Part shown: positions 29,233 through 39,544 of the stretch, piece after piece
Position numbering within the stretch: the stretch's first letter is position 1
How the letters are laid out: the number at the start of each line of letters is the position of its first letter
From: an uncultured Methanosarcinales archaeon
GTDB taxonomy: Archaea; Nanobdellota; Nanobdellia; Woesearchaeales; JACPIF01
Direction of reading: 5' to 3'
NCBI GenBank assembly: GCA_964602245.1
Contig: CAZRPY010000001.1
Location: 88,246 to 152,245 of the forward strand
Length of the DNA stretch: 64,000 bases
Notes under the pieces: model-generated
What the model was told of the DNA's origin: nothing
Databases searched by the model: none
What the model saw: the letters and a program-made list of their open reading frames with translations, nothing else
Program-made: the position numbers and the translations under genes

Positions 29233-30933
29233 ATGAAGATTTTAGGGGTTCATAATTCTCACGACGCTGGGGCAGCTATAATTGAAGATGGAAAAATACT
29301 TGCAGCTGTGAATGAGGAAAGGCTGAATAGAATTAAGTTATATTGGGGTGTGCCTGAGCTTGCAATCAAAGAGGTTTTTAGAATTGCTAAAATTGAGCCT
29401 GAGGATATTGATTATGTAGCTTTTTCTAATATTACTCCAGGAGGTGGTATGCATGCTAATTTTAGTAAGCTTACTGCAAGAATTGAGATAATGAATGTTG
29501 CTGCCAAACTTTTCCCTTGGCTTGTAGGCAGTAAATTATTTGCTGATACCTATAGAGCAATTTATTCTGGGCTGAGGAAAGGTAAAACTGTTTTAGAGTA
29601 TCTCAAGAAATTAGGAGTAGAATCTCCTGTTAGATATGTTGAGCATCATCAATGTCATGCGGCATCTGCATTTTATACTTCTAATTTTGATAATGATACA
29701 TTACTTGTTACAACTGATGGAACAGGTGATGGTTATTGCTCCAGTGTAAATATAATTAATGATTATGAGATAAAAAGGATTACTGCTACACCTTTCTTTC
29801 ACTCCCCTGCTGCAATCTATGCTTATATAACATTTAACCTAGGTTTTGAGCCTAATAAGCATGAGGGTAAAATCACTGGGCTAGCTGCATATGGAAAGCC
29901 TGAAAGGACTTATAATGTTTTTAGTAAAATAATGCAAGTAAAGGGCTTGAATTATAGAACAATTGGATTGACAACAGGGCATCAGGGTTGCAGGAAGTTG
30001 CATGAGTTAATGTTGAACAAAAAATGGGAGGATATTGCTGCTGGGCTGCAGAAAAGATTTGAAGAGGTAATGGTAGAGCTTGTTGAGAATTCCTTGAAGA
30101 AATATCCTAGGAAGTTTGTTGCAGTTGCTGGAGGGGCTTATGCTAATGTTAAGGCTAACCAAAAAATTTCTGAAATTAAGGGAGTGAAAAAATTATCTGT
30201 GCATCCTAATATGGGAGATGGTGGATTAGCTGTTGGAGCTGCACTGCAAGTATGGGCTGATGAAGTGATTAAGCAAGGAAAAAAGCCTAGACCAGTTGCA
30301 ATAGAGCATGTTTATTTTGGTTCTGAGTATAGTGAAGAAGAGATTGAAAATCAATTGAGGAGAGGTAAATTGAAATTTAAGTATTATAATAATATTGAGA
30401 CAGAGGTTGCAAATTTATTAAAGAAAAAGAAAGTTGTTGGCAGGTTTAATGGAAGGATGGAATATGGGCCAAGAGCGTTAGGAAATAGAAGCATATTAGC
30501 AGATCCAACTGACAAAACTATAAATGATTGGCTTAATAAAAGGCTGAAGAGGACGGATTTTATGCCTTTCGCTCCCTCCATCATGAGAGAATATGCTGAA
30601 AGTTATTATGAGAATTTTGCTCCAGGAGAGATTGCTGCTAAGTTTATGACAATTACATTTAATGTTAAACCAGAAGGTGCTAAAAAAGCACCTGCAGTTA
30701 ATCATGTGGATAATACAGCTAGACCGCAGACAGTCACTAGAAAGCAGAATAAGAGTTATTATGAAATACTTAAAGCGTATAAAGATGTAACTGGATTGCC
30801 AATTTTTGTTAACACGTCATTTAATATGCATGAAGAGCCAATTGTTTGTAGCCCTCAAGATGCTGTAAGAGCTTTTAAGCAAGGTGCTATTGATGTGTTA
30901 GCAATAGGCAATTATCTTGCGTATAATGGATAA
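29233..30933 (+). CDS. carbamoyltransferase (NodU/CmcH family)
   Basis: MKILGVHNSHDAGAAIIEDGKILAAVNEERLNRIK ASKHA-type N-terminal domain plus C-terminal carbamoyltransferase domain, 566 aa. Confidence 0.85.
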   Translation: MKILGVHNSHDAGAAIIEDGKILAAVNEERLNRIKLYWGVPELAIKEVFRIAKIEPEDIDYVAFSNITPGGGMHANFSKLTARIEIMNVAAKLFPWLVGSKLFADTYRAIYSGLRKGKTVLEYLKKLGVESPVRYVEHHQCHAASAFYTSNFDNDTLLVTTDGTGDGYCSSVNIINDYEIKRITATPFFHSPAAIYAYITFNLGFEPNKHEGKITGLAAYGKPERTYNVFSKIMQVKGLNYRTIGLTTGHQGCRKLHELMLNKKWEDIAAGLQKRFEEVMVELVENSLKKYPRKFVAVAGGAYANVKANQKISEIKGVKKLSVHPNMGDGGLAVGAALQVWADEVIKQGKKPRPVAIEHVYFGSEYSEEEIENQLRRGKLKFKYYNNIETEVANLLKKKKVVGRFNGRMEYGPRALGNRSILADPTDKTINDWLNKRLKRTDFMPFAPSIMREYAESYYENFAPGEIAAKFMTITFNVKPEGAKKAPAVNHVDNTARPQTVTRKQNKSYYEILKAYKDVTGLPIFVNTSFNMHEEPIVCSPQDAVRAFKQGAIDVLAIGNYLAYNG

Positions 30934-30936
30934 AAA

Positions 30937-31374
30937 ATGAAAAAGTTTTATATTGCTTATGGTTTATCTGTGGTTATTCTATTTGCTTTAATGTTTTACT
31001 CTTATGAGAATTATCATAAATATTATCCCTCTTTAGCAACATTTCAAGATAATCCTGAGTTTCTTGAGGGTGTTAGAGCTGAGAATTGTGGGATTGCTGA
31101 GCAGGTAAATGAGCAAGGATTAATTATTAGAGGTGGCTCTGAGAGAATAAAAGTAAAAGCTGAGAATGCAAGATATCCAAAATATGGCACAATATGTGTT
31201 GTTGGGACTTATAAAAAAGACGGATTTATTGAAGCTGAATATGTGAGGTATAATGACTATATCTTTGTAAAATATTTCCTTTCTGTTCTATCAATTATTT
31301 ATGTTATTTATATCTTCTTTATGGAATGGAAAATAACTAGAAAGTGTTTTATTGCTAGAGGTAAAAATGCCTGA
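30937..31374 (+). CDS. hypothetical membrane protein
   Basis: 145 aa with N- and C-terminal TM helices. Confidence 0.35.
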   Translation: MKKFYIAYGLSVVILFALMFYSYENYHKYYPSLATFQDNPEFLEGVRAENCGIAEQVNEQGLIIRGGSERIKVKAENARYPKYGTICVVGTYKKDGFIEAEYVRYNDYIFVKYFLSVLSIIYVIYIFFMEWKITRKCFIARGKNA

Positions 31375-31864
31375 CTGGATTACACATATATTAATTGGTT
31401 TAATAATTGCTGAGATTTTCAATATTAAGAGGAAGAGTTTAATTGTTATTGGAGCGATATTGCCGGATATTTTAGTTAAACTTGAGTTATTGAGTGTGTT
31501 TTTTCCAGTTGATAAGTATGCAATTACATGGCTATTTAATCCATTGCATACTCCACTAGGGATGGCACTGTTTTCATTGCTTTTAGTTCCTTTGTTTAAT
31601 TTTGATAAATATAAGACTTATTTTCTGTTATTTATAGGCTGGTGTTCTCATTTATTATCTGATTTGATCAATAAACATATTTTGCTAGGCCAAAATTTAT
31701 TGCTCTTTCCTTTTTCATGGCAGAACTTTGAGCTAGGTTTAGTATGGCCTGATCAATATTATTTAATTCTGGTTCCAGTTGCAGCAATATATGCAATAAT
31801 ACTAATTCATAAGTATTATAAAAACAGTAAAAATACGAGGAAAGGTAAAAGGCTGAAAATATGA
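31352..31864 (+). CDS. membrane-bound metal-dependent hydrolase-like protein (YdjM/DUF457-like)
   Basis: MPDWITHILIGLII start and His-containing TM helices. Confidence 0.45.
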   Translation: MLEVKMPDWITHILIGLIIAEIFNIKRKSLIVIGAILPDILVKLELLSVFFPVDKYAITWLFNPLHTPLGMALFSLLLVPLFNFDKYKTYFLLFIGWCSHLLSDLINKHILLGQNLLLFPFSWQNFELGLVWPDQYYLILVPVAAIYAIILIHKYYKNSKNTRKGKRLKI

Positions 31865-32745
31865 ACATTATAGTTACAATACCTGCCTATAACGAAGAGT
31901 TTACAATTGGTAAGGTTATACAGGATATAAAGAAAATAATGTCTGCAAATAGATATAGCTACAAAATATTAGTTGTGGATGATGGCAGCACAGATAAAAC
32001 TGTAGAGATTGCTAGAAAAGCTGGAGCAATAGTTTACTCTCATCCTAAGAACTATGGACTTGCAGAGACTTTTAAGACAGAGGTTGAGCAATGCTTGAAA
32101 CTTAATGCTGACATTATAGTGCATACTGACGCAGATGGGCAATATCTGGCAGAGGATATACCTAAGCTGATAAAAGATGTGGAGAAGGGTAATGATTTAG
32201 TTTTAGGCTCAAGATTTCTAGGAAAGATAGAAGAGATGCCTTGGCTTAAAAGATTTGGGAATAGATTTTTTAGCAGGATTATTTCAGGTGTTGCTAGGCT
32301 AAAGATTAATGATGCACAGACAGGGTTTAGAGCTTTTACCAGGAAAGTTGCTGAGAAATTGCCAATTACTTCAAATTTTACTTATACACAAGAGCAGATA
32401 ATCAGGGCTGTGAGGGCTAAGTTTAGGATTAAGGAAGTTCCTGTTTACTTTGCAAAAAGGAGGAATGGCCAGAGTAGATTAGTAAAAAGTCCATTTGATT
32501 ATGCTTTAAGATCAACAATAAGCATTCTGAGGATTTACAGGGATTATGAGCCTTTGAAATTTTTCTGGAGTGTTGGCGGAACATTTTTTTTGCTTGGCTT
32601 AGGAGTTGGTAGCTGGTTGCTTTATCTTTTTGTTAGATATGGAAGTATTGGGCATGTTCCATTAACTATTTTAAGTGCTTTGTTAATGCTGATTGGTGTG
32701 CAGATAATGCTGTTTGGATTCCTTGCTGATATTTTAAGGAGATAA
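31861..32745 (+). CDS. GT2 polyprenyl-phosphate sugar synthase with C-terminal TM helices
   Basis: VTIPAYNEE...VVDDGSTDKT...TDADGQY; C-terminal hydrophobic segment. Confidence 0.85.
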   Translation: MNIIVTIPAYNEEFTIGKVIQDIKKIMSANRYSYKILVVDDGSTDKTVEIARKAGAIVYSHPKNYGLAETFKTEVEQCLKLNADIIVHTDADGQYLAEDIPKLIKDVEKGNDLVLGSRFLGKIEEMPWLKRFGNRFFSRIISGVARLKINDAQTGFRAFTRKVAEKLPITSNFTYTQEQIIRAVRAKFRIKEVPVYFAKRRNGQSRLVKSPFDYALRSTISILRIYRDYEPLKFFWSVGGTFFLLGLGVGSWLLYLFVRYGSIGHVPLTILSALLMLIGVQIMLFGFLADILRR

Positions 32746-32755
32746 ATATTTCAAA

Positions 32756-33709
32756 ATGAAAAAGGTAGTTGAGGTTCTTGTAAAAATCATAGTCGGGGTT
32801 GCACTTATCTCTTATTTATTTTATAAGATAGGGGTTCAGCAAATAATAGAGATATTGCCAAAAATGAATATTTTTTATTTTTCTTTGTTTCTGGTTTCTT
32901 TCTTTGCCTCACTTGCATTAGGGATATTTAATATAAAAATATTATTAGATGGCTTAGGATATGATTTGACTTTTAAGAGAGTTGCAAAATATTATACTGC
33001 AAGCTGGGCAATTGGTTTATATGCTCCAGGAAAGCTTGGAGAGTTTTCTTTGGTTTACTTATTGAAAAGAGAGAAGATTGGGATGGGACAGAGCATGGCT
33101 ATAGCTGTGCTTGATAAGATGATAACTTTTATTGTGTTTAGCTTGTTTTCTGTGATAGGATTTATAGTTTTTCTGACATTGACTGAATCGTTATGGCTGT
33201 TGATGGTTATTTTAAGTTTGTTAATTATTGCACTATTTTTTATGTTATCTGAGTTTGGAAGAAACTTAGTTAGGAAATATCTGCTAAGGAGATTTTCAGG
33301 AAAATTTAGTGGATTTTATGTAACTGTTAAGATGTTTATTAAGGAGAAAAAAATATTATTAGTTTATAATTTATTATTAACTGTGGTAAAACTTTTACTT
33401 ATGGCGTTATCAATTTTCTTATTATTTTTGTCATTTGATACGTTAGTGCCATTTATTTATACTATGCTTATAATAGCAATAGGAACGATTATTTCTTTAG
33501 TACCAATAACATTTTCTGGATTTGGTGTTAGAGAGGCTGCTTCTGTTTACCTGTTTTCAAAGCTTGGAATTAGTGCTGCTGTAACATTGACTGTTTTTCT
33601 GATAGCCTTAATAACAAATTTCATAATATCTGCAATTGTTTTGTTCATTGTGATAAAGAAGATGAGGTTGTATGAGGAGTTAAAGGAGGCGAGGGAGATT
33701 TTTAGGTGA
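32756..33709 (+). CDS. flippase-like integral membrane protein (lysylphosphatidylglycerol synthase TM-region family)
   Basis: 317 aa, 8 TM helices. Pairing with a DPM-like GT2 is typical of PF03706-type proteins. Confidence 0.55.
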   Translation: MKKVVEVLVKIIVGVALISYLFYKIGVQQIIEILPKMNIFYFSLFLVSFFASLALGIFNIKILLDGLGYDLTFKRVAKYYTASWAIGLYAPGKLGEFSLVYLLKREKIGMGQSMAIAVLDKMITFIVFSLFSVIGFIVFLTLTESLWLLMVILSLLIIALFFMLSEFGRNLVRKYLLRRFSGKFSGFYVTVKMFIKEKKILLVYNLLLTVVKLLLMALSIFLLFLSFDTLVPFIYTMLIIAIGTIISLVPITFSGFGVREAASVYLFSKLGISAAVTLTVFLIALITNFIISAIVLFIVIKKMRLYEELKEAREIFR

Positions 33710-33711
33710 TA

Positions 33712-35415
33712 TCACTTAGTCACCAAATAATTACCTATTGCAAGATAGTCCATTCCTGAGCCGAAGAAGTCTTTTATTGCCTCTTCTGGCTTGTTGACAA
33801 TTGGTTCTCCTGCTAAGTTGTAGGAGGTATTTAATAAAACTGGAGTTCCTGTTAACTTGCCAAATTTCTTTATTAAATCATAGTATAAAGGATTATGTTT
33901 TCTTTCTAATGTCTGAGGTCTAGTTGTTCCATCAACATGAATACCTGCTGTTACCTCTTTCCTTCTATCTTCAGGAACATCGTCAATCATTATCATGAAA
34001 GGTGATTTAAAACCATGTGCCAAGTATTTGTCTTTATCTTCATGCAACATTGAGAGTGCAAATGGGCGCCATAATTCACGGTTCTTTACATAGTAATTGA
34101 CTTTGAATATCATATCTTTATCTGAAGGATCAACTAAAATGCTGCGGGAGCCTAAGGCTCTTGGACCAACTTCCATCCTGCCCTGGAACCAACCAATTAT
34201 CTTGTTTTTAGCAAGCAGCTCTGATGTAACTCCTGCTATATCTTTGTAGAATTTGTATTTGGTTTTGCATTTATCGAGAATTTTCTTTATCTCTTCATTA
34301 CTGTACTCAGTGCCTAAGAAGACATGCTCTATTGGCTCTGGACGTTTTCCAGTTAATTGGTTATAGACAACCATTGCTGCACCCATTGCTGCTCCTGAGT
34401 CTGTTGCAGCTGGTTGAATGTAAATATTATCAACATAATCTTGCTGACCAATCAAGCCATTCATCTTTGCATTTAAAGCTACACCACCTGCAAGGCAAAT
34501 GTTTTTGCAACCAGTTCTTTCATACAGCATTTTTGACATATGCAAGCCAATGTCTTCAGTTTTTTTCTGCAAAGATGCTGCGATATGCTCATAATGATTG
34601 TTAATTGCTGGCTCATTAGTCCTTGGCTTTCCTAGAAGCTTAATTGTATCCTGAGTAAACCATCTTGCTTTTGCCCTGCCCCATTCTTCAATATGACCCC
34701 AGATATATTTTGGATTAGTCTTAAAACCATTTTTTGTTGGCCAGATTATTTTGTCAAATTCTTTTCTGAATTTATCCTTGCCATATGGAGCTAAGCCCAT
34801 TACTTTGCCTTCACCATCATTTGGGCTGAAGTTAAGGAAATCTGTTATTGCAGTATAAGTAACACCAACTGAATGTGGAAGTGGAACTTCACCAAATTTT
34901 TCTATCTCAGAATTATTGCCAATGCCATATAAGCTAGATACAAGCTCACCTCTACCATCTAATGTCAGGATGTTAGCTTTCTTGAAGTCAGAGCCGTAAA
35001 AGGCTGAGGCTGCATGTGTAAGATGGTGATTAATAAAATGTACTTTTGCATTAGCTTCCTTTCCTAGCTTTAAAACTTCTCTGTCATTCATCTTAAATAA
35101 GTATAAAGCTCCAAAGAATTTCCAGGGCTTCCAGATAAGTTTGTTGAAATATGGCTGGAATTTCCAGGGCTTTCTAATAAAGAGATTTTGGTTAATATAG
35201 TAAGCAATATGGTCAACATATTGAAGCTTAATACCTGTTTGCTTTAAACAGAATTCAATTGCCTTGTAAGGAAATGAATGTGGGGAATGCTTAATTCTAG
35301 TAAATCTTTCCTCCTCAGCCAAGGCTAGAACTTTACCATCTTTCATTATGCAAGCTGAGGTGTCATGATAAAAAGCGTTAATGCCTAGGATGTACATTGA
35401 ATCACCTAAAGCCAA
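33712..35415 (-). CDS. carbamoyltransferase (NodU/CmcH family), second paralog
   Basis: MYILGINAFYHDTSACIMKDGKVLALAEEERFTRIK; 567 aa. Confidence 0.85.
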   Translation of the reverse strand: MALGDSMYILGINAFYHDTSACIMKDGKVLALAEEERFTRIKHSPHSFPYKAIEFCLKQTGIKLQYVDHIAYYINQNLFIRKPWKFQPYFNKLIWKPWKFFGALYLFKMNDREVLKLGKEANAKVHFINHHLTHAASAFYGSDFKKANILTLDGRGELVSSLYGIGNNSEIEKFGEVPLPHSVGVTYTAITDFLNFSPNDGEGKVMGLAPYGKDKFRKEFDKIIWPTKNGFKTNPKYIWGHIEEWGRAKARWFTQDTIKLLGKPRTNEPAINNHYEHIAASLQKKTEDIGLHMSKMLYERTGCKNICLAGGVALNAKMNGLIGQQDYVDNIYIQPAATDSGAAMGAAMVVYNQLTGKRPEPIEHVFLGTEYSNEEIKKILDKCKTKYKFYKDIAGVTSELLAKNKIIGWFQGRMEVGPRALGSRSILVDPSDKDMIFKVNYYVKNRELWRPFALSMLHEDKDKYLAHGFKSPFMIMIDDVPEDRRKEVTAGIHVDGTTRPQTLERKHNPLYYDLIKKFGKLTGTPVLLNTSYNLAGEPIVNKPEEAIKDFFGSGMDYLAIGNYLVTK

Positions 35416-35580
35416 AATTAATGGCTTGTTTATTAAAATCTTATTGATTTATGGCTTATATCTAAGGAATAATAGCGTGATAGAGCCTATTAAGAGGTTA
35501 TTTAAAGGTTATGAACATTACAGTAGAAAGGTTTATAAAGCAAATTAAGTCTTTTAATCACTATAGTTAATTGGCTTAAA

Positions 35581-37014
35581 ATGAAGGTCTTGCTTGTTAA
35601 TCCAATAATAAGGGCATCTGAATTTCCACCTAGCAGGTTTCCATTAGGCTTAGCCTATATTGCTTCTGCATTACTTGATAAAGGGCATGAGATTGAAGTT
35701 CTAGACCTTAATATGAATAGATTACCAGAAGAAGAGATTAAAAGAAGAATTAAGGCAAGTAGATTTGATGCTGTTGGCTTAACTGGAATGATAACTGAGT
35801 ATCAGCAGATTAAGTATCTTTCTGCTTTAATTAAAGAAATAAGGCCTGATGCTAAGATTATTCTTGGAGGAAGTGGTGGAACTTCAGTGCCTGAATTAGT
35901 GCTTAGGAAAACTAAAGTAGACATTATTGTTATTAGTGAAGGTATAGACACAACAGTTGAGCTTGCTGATTTTCTTGAGAGAGGTAAAGATATTAAAGAT
36001 ATAAGAGGGATTTATTATAAGGATGAAGAAGGAAAGATACATATAACATTGCCAAGAGCGCCAATTAAAGAGGTTGATAAGATATTATTTCCAGCAAGAG
36101 AAGAGTTTGATTTTGAGAAATACATACAACCTTCTAATTTAAGGATATTTAACAGTAAGATAAGAACTACTAATGTAATTGGAAGCTATGGATGTCCTTA
36201 CAGATGTACTTACTGTTATCACCAATTGTTTGGATATGATTTTAGAGGAAGAAGCCCTGCTAATTTAGTTGAGGAGCTAAGAATGCTTTATGATGACTAT
36301 AAAGTTAATGGGATTATTTTTAATGATGATGAGTTTGTCATGGATAAAGGCAGGGTGCATGAGATTTGTGATGAGATTAAGAAAGAGAAGCTGGATGTTT
36401 TATGGGGGCAGAATGGAAGAGTGAATTTAATGGATGATGAATTGCTAGCTAATATGTATTCAGCTGGATGCAGGTTTTCTTGTTATGGTATTGAATCTGG
36501 TAGCCAGTTAATTTTGAATGAGATTAAGAAGGGTGTTAGAGTTGAGCAGGCTAAAGAGGCTGTATTGAAGACATGGGAATCTGGGATGCTGCCTCATGGT
36601 TATTTGATAATTGGCTCGTTTTCTGAAACTCCTGAAACAGTTATGGATACTATTAAGTTTTGTCATGAGACTTCACTGATTGGACAATTTTCATTTATGA
36701 CTCCTTTGCCTAATACACATCTATATCAGCAAGCAAGGCAGATGGGAAGATTAAAGCAGAGTGATGAATGGCTGCTTGAGAGATGGGGAGAGTGGAATGA
36801 GAAGTTAATAACTAATCTTTCTTTAATACCTGATAAAGAGCTTATTAGATTGAAAAGATGGGCTGAGAGAAAAATATTATTTGGAAATTTAACAGGAAAT
36901 GTCTGGCAGCACATGAAAATAATAAAGATGAGAAATATTATGAAAGAAGGTCTTACACTTGCAAAGAGATGGTACTTCAGAGAATATGAGCCTGCTGCGA
37001 GTGTGCCTGCTTAG
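35581..37014 (+). CDS. cobalamin-binding (class B) radical SAM enzyme
   Basis: B12-binding-like N-terminal domain; CPYRCTYC motif; 477 aa. Confidence 0.85.
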   Translation: MKVLLVNPIIRASEFPPSRFPLGLAYIASALLDKGHEIEVLDLNMNRLPEEEIKRRIKASRFDAVGLTGMITEYQQIKYLSALIKEIRPDAKIILGGSGGTSVPELVLRKTKVDIIVISEGIDTTVELADFLERGKDIKDIRGIYYKDEEGKIHITLPRAPIKEVDKILFPAREEFDFEKYIQPSNLRIFNSKIRTTNVIGSYGCPYRCTYCYHQLFGYDFRGRSPANLVEELRMLYDDYKVNGIIFNDDEFVMDKGRVHEICDEIKKEKLDVLWGQNGRVNLMDDELLANMYSAGCRFSCYGIESGSQLILNEIKKGVRVEQAKEAVLKTWESGMLPHGYLIIGSFSETPETVMDTIKFCHETSLIGQFSFMTPLPNTHLYQQARQMGRLKQSDEWLLERWGEWNEKLITNLSLIPDKELIRLKRWAERKILFGNLTGNVWQHMKIIKMRNIMKEGLTLAKRWYFREYEPAASVPA

Positions 37015-37071
37015 TTCTGTTTCAATTTTTGGCACAAAATTTAAAAAGCATATGTTATTTTTACTATATTT

Positions 37072-37524
37072 ATGGAAAAACCTAATCCACCGAATGGCTG
37101 GAATGTTATAGATTTCCTATATAAAGGTGCATCTGCTGCACATTATGAAGATGATGATAGCGTATTTACTCTAGAGAAAATTGCAGGGAAGAATCCTCAA
37201 TGTCCAGATCTTGTATTTTTAGAAGTTAGGGGAGGAATTGATACGGCTACTGCTGAGAGGCTTAAGACAAGACCAGTAGAAAATTGCTTTAATGTCTATA
37301 GGAGAGTTGATGGTAATGTTGAAGCTATAGACCCATTAATTCCGACGGCTCAAAGAGGGATTGAATACTGTATCATGGTTGCTGACAAATATATGGACGC
37401 GCAATTAGATGATATACCAGGGGCTCGCGAAAAGTTCTATGAGACTATGAAAGAAATAATTAGACTTGCTAAAGAAAGAGGTACTGAAATACGAGACATA
37501 AGAACAGGAGAAAGGCTTATTTGA
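37072..37524 (+). CDS. hypothetical soluble protein
   Basis: 150 aa, acidic; local GC visibly higher than flanking genes; no family recognised. Confidence 0.4.
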   Translation: MEKPNPPNGWNVIDFLYKGASAAHYEDDDSVFTLEKIAGKNPQCPDLVFLEVRGGIDTATAERLKTRPVENCFNVYRRVDGNVEAIDPLIPTAQRGIEYCIMVADKYMDAQLDDIPGAREKFYETMKEIIRLAKERGTEIRDIRTGERLI

Positions 37525-38577
37525 TCACAAATACTTCTCCACCTCTTCCATCACATCCTCATCCGTAATCTTCTCTAGGCTTTCTTTGTAGTTGCCTTTG
37601 GGGTTTGGGTTTGTAGAGTAGAAAGGATATTTAATTAATATTGGGCTTTTCTGGATAACAGAGACTTTCTTGCCATAGGGTTTTGTTCTATTAGGGTTGG
37701 CTGGGCCAAATAAGGCAATTACTGGAACTTGTTTGGCTGCTGCAATATGGCCTAGCCCTGAATCTGTGGAAATAAATAACTTACAATGCCAGATTAAAGC
37801 TGCATTTTGTTTTAAGGTATTGTCTTTAACTATAGTTACTTTATCTCTTGCACTGACATTTTTTAGTATTTCTAATGCTAAGCCTTTCTCATCAGGACCT
37901 TCAAATAATAATATTCTGGATTTGTCATATTTTTCTAAGATTTGATTAATTAGTTCGTTAAATCTTTCTTTGGGCCATCTTCTATAAAGTGCAGTTTTGC
38001 TTGTGCCAGGATGGATGCCTATTAATGCAAATTTGTTTAATGCATTTTTCTTAATAAAATCTAAAGCATATTTCTCATCTTCTTTTGAGGTTTCAAATAT
38101 TAGCTCTCTTTTTTCCTTATCTGTATTAATACCTAAATGTTCTATTAGATTGATGTTATTTTCAACGTCGTGCAATTTCTCTTCTGCAATTATAAGATCG
38201 TTTTGCAAAAAGCTTAGTCTGTTTCCTACTTTATACTTGTGAGTCAATCTTCTTTTAGCTCCTACTAGAAATGCAAATAAATTAAATTCATATCTGTTAG
38301 AGGGCATTGCTGTTATTGAAATATCATATTTTTCTTTTCTTAGCCTCCAAAGTAGCTTTATCCTGTTAAATATGCTGCCATTAAAAACTATTATTTTATC
38401 TATAAATTTACTATTGCTCATACATTCTGCGAAGCTTTTTTCTCTAACTAATAATGTAATTTCTGCTTTTGATAAATTCTTTCTTAATATTCTTAAAGCA
38501 GGTGTAAAAAGGATAGTATTGCCTATGCCTGACAAGCAGAAGATAATTATTTTTAGCTTTAGGTTCTTAAGTTCCAT
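37525..38577 (-). CDS. glycosyltransferase family 9
   Basis: GIGNTILFTPALRILRKNL and STDSGLGHIAAAKQVPVIALFGP motifs. Confidence 0.75.
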   Translation of the reverse strand: MELKNLKLKIIIFCLSGIGNTILFTPALRILRKNLSKAEITLLVREKSFAECMSNSKFIDKIIVFNGSIFNRIKLLWRLRKEKYDISITAMPSNRYEFNLFAFLVGAKRRLTHKYKVGNRLSFLQNDLIIAEEKLHDVENNINLIEHLGINTDKEKRELIFETSKEDEKYALDFIKKNALNKFALIGIHPGTSKTALYRRWPKERFNELINQILEKYDKSRILLFEGPDEKGLALEILKNVSARDKVTIVKDNTLKQNAALIWHCKLFISTDSGLGHIAAAKQVPVIALFGPANPNRTKPYGKKVSVIQKSPILIKYPFYSTNPNPKGNYKESLEKITDEDVMEEVEKYL

Positions 38578-38602
38578 ATAAGAAAAGAACTTTAAAGCAT
38601 TA

Positions 38603-39544
38603 TTAAGCTTTACTCATCTCTTGTCTAAAATATTCTATTGTTTTAGCTAAACCTTCTGTAAGCCCTACTTTTGGCTGCCAGTCTAGCCCTTTACTAGATT
38701 TAGCAATGTCTGGACATCTGACATGAGGATCATCTACAGGCAATGGCTTAAATACTATCTTGCTTTTGCTTTTTGTTAATTTAATTATCTCCTGAGAAAA
38801 TTCTAGAACTGTCATTTCATCTGGATTGCCTAAATTTACAGGATCATTTATCTTGGAATTCATTAATTTATAGATTCCATCAATTAAATCTGAGACATAG
38901 CAGAAGCTTCTTGTCTGCTTTCCATCTCCAAAAACTGTTATGTCTTGGTTTCTTAGAGCTTGGTTGATAAAAGCTGGGACTACTCTGCCATCATCTGCTC
39001 GCATTTTTTCTCCGTAAGTATTAAATATTCTAGCGATTTTTGTATCTATCTTATGAATTCTATGATATGCCATTGTAAGTGCTTCTGCAAATCTCTTGGA
39101 TTCATCGTAGCATCCTCTTAACCCAATAGGATTAACATTACCCCAGTAAGTTTCTGACTGTGGGTTTACTAACGGATCACCATAGACTTCTGAGGTTGAT
39201 GCTAGCATGAAAACTGCTTTCTTATCTTTAGCTAAGCCTAATAAGTTGTGAGTGCCTAGAGCTCCTGCTTTTAAAGTTTGGATTGGAATTTTCTGATAAT
39301 CAATAGGAGAGGCTGGAGAGGCGAAATGCAGAACAAAGTTTAACTTGCCTTCAACTGAGACATGCTTGGAAACATCATGGTCGACATAAGAGAATCTCTT
39401 ATGGCCCATTAAATGCTGTATATTTTTTAGGTTACCTGTTATTAAATTGTCCATGCAGATTACTTCATGTCCTGTAGCGAGCAGGAACTCGCATAAATGA
39501 CTGCCAATAAAACCTGCTCCTCCAGTAATAAGTATCCTTGTCAT
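38603..39544 (-). CDS. UDP-glucuronate decarboxylase (UDP-xylose synthase)
   Basis: [22 protein letters not shown]...[10 protein letters not shown], 313 aa, UXS-type extended SDR. Confidence 0.85.
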   Translation of the reverse strand: MTRILITGGAGFIGSHLCEFLLATGHEVICMDNLITGNLKNIQHLMGHKRFSYVDHDVSKHVSVEGKLNFVLHFASPASPIDYQKIPIQTLKAGALGTHNLLGLAKDKKAVFMLASTSEVYGDPLVNPQSETYWGNVNPIGLRGCYDESKRFAEALTMAYHRIHKIDTKIARIFNTYGEKMRADDGRVVPAFINQALRNQDITVFGDGKQTRSFCYVSDLIDGIYKLMNSKINDPVNLGNPDEMTVLEFSQEIIKLTKSKSKIVFKPLPVDDPHVRCPDIAKSSKGLDWQPKVGLTEGLAKTIEYFRQEMSKA

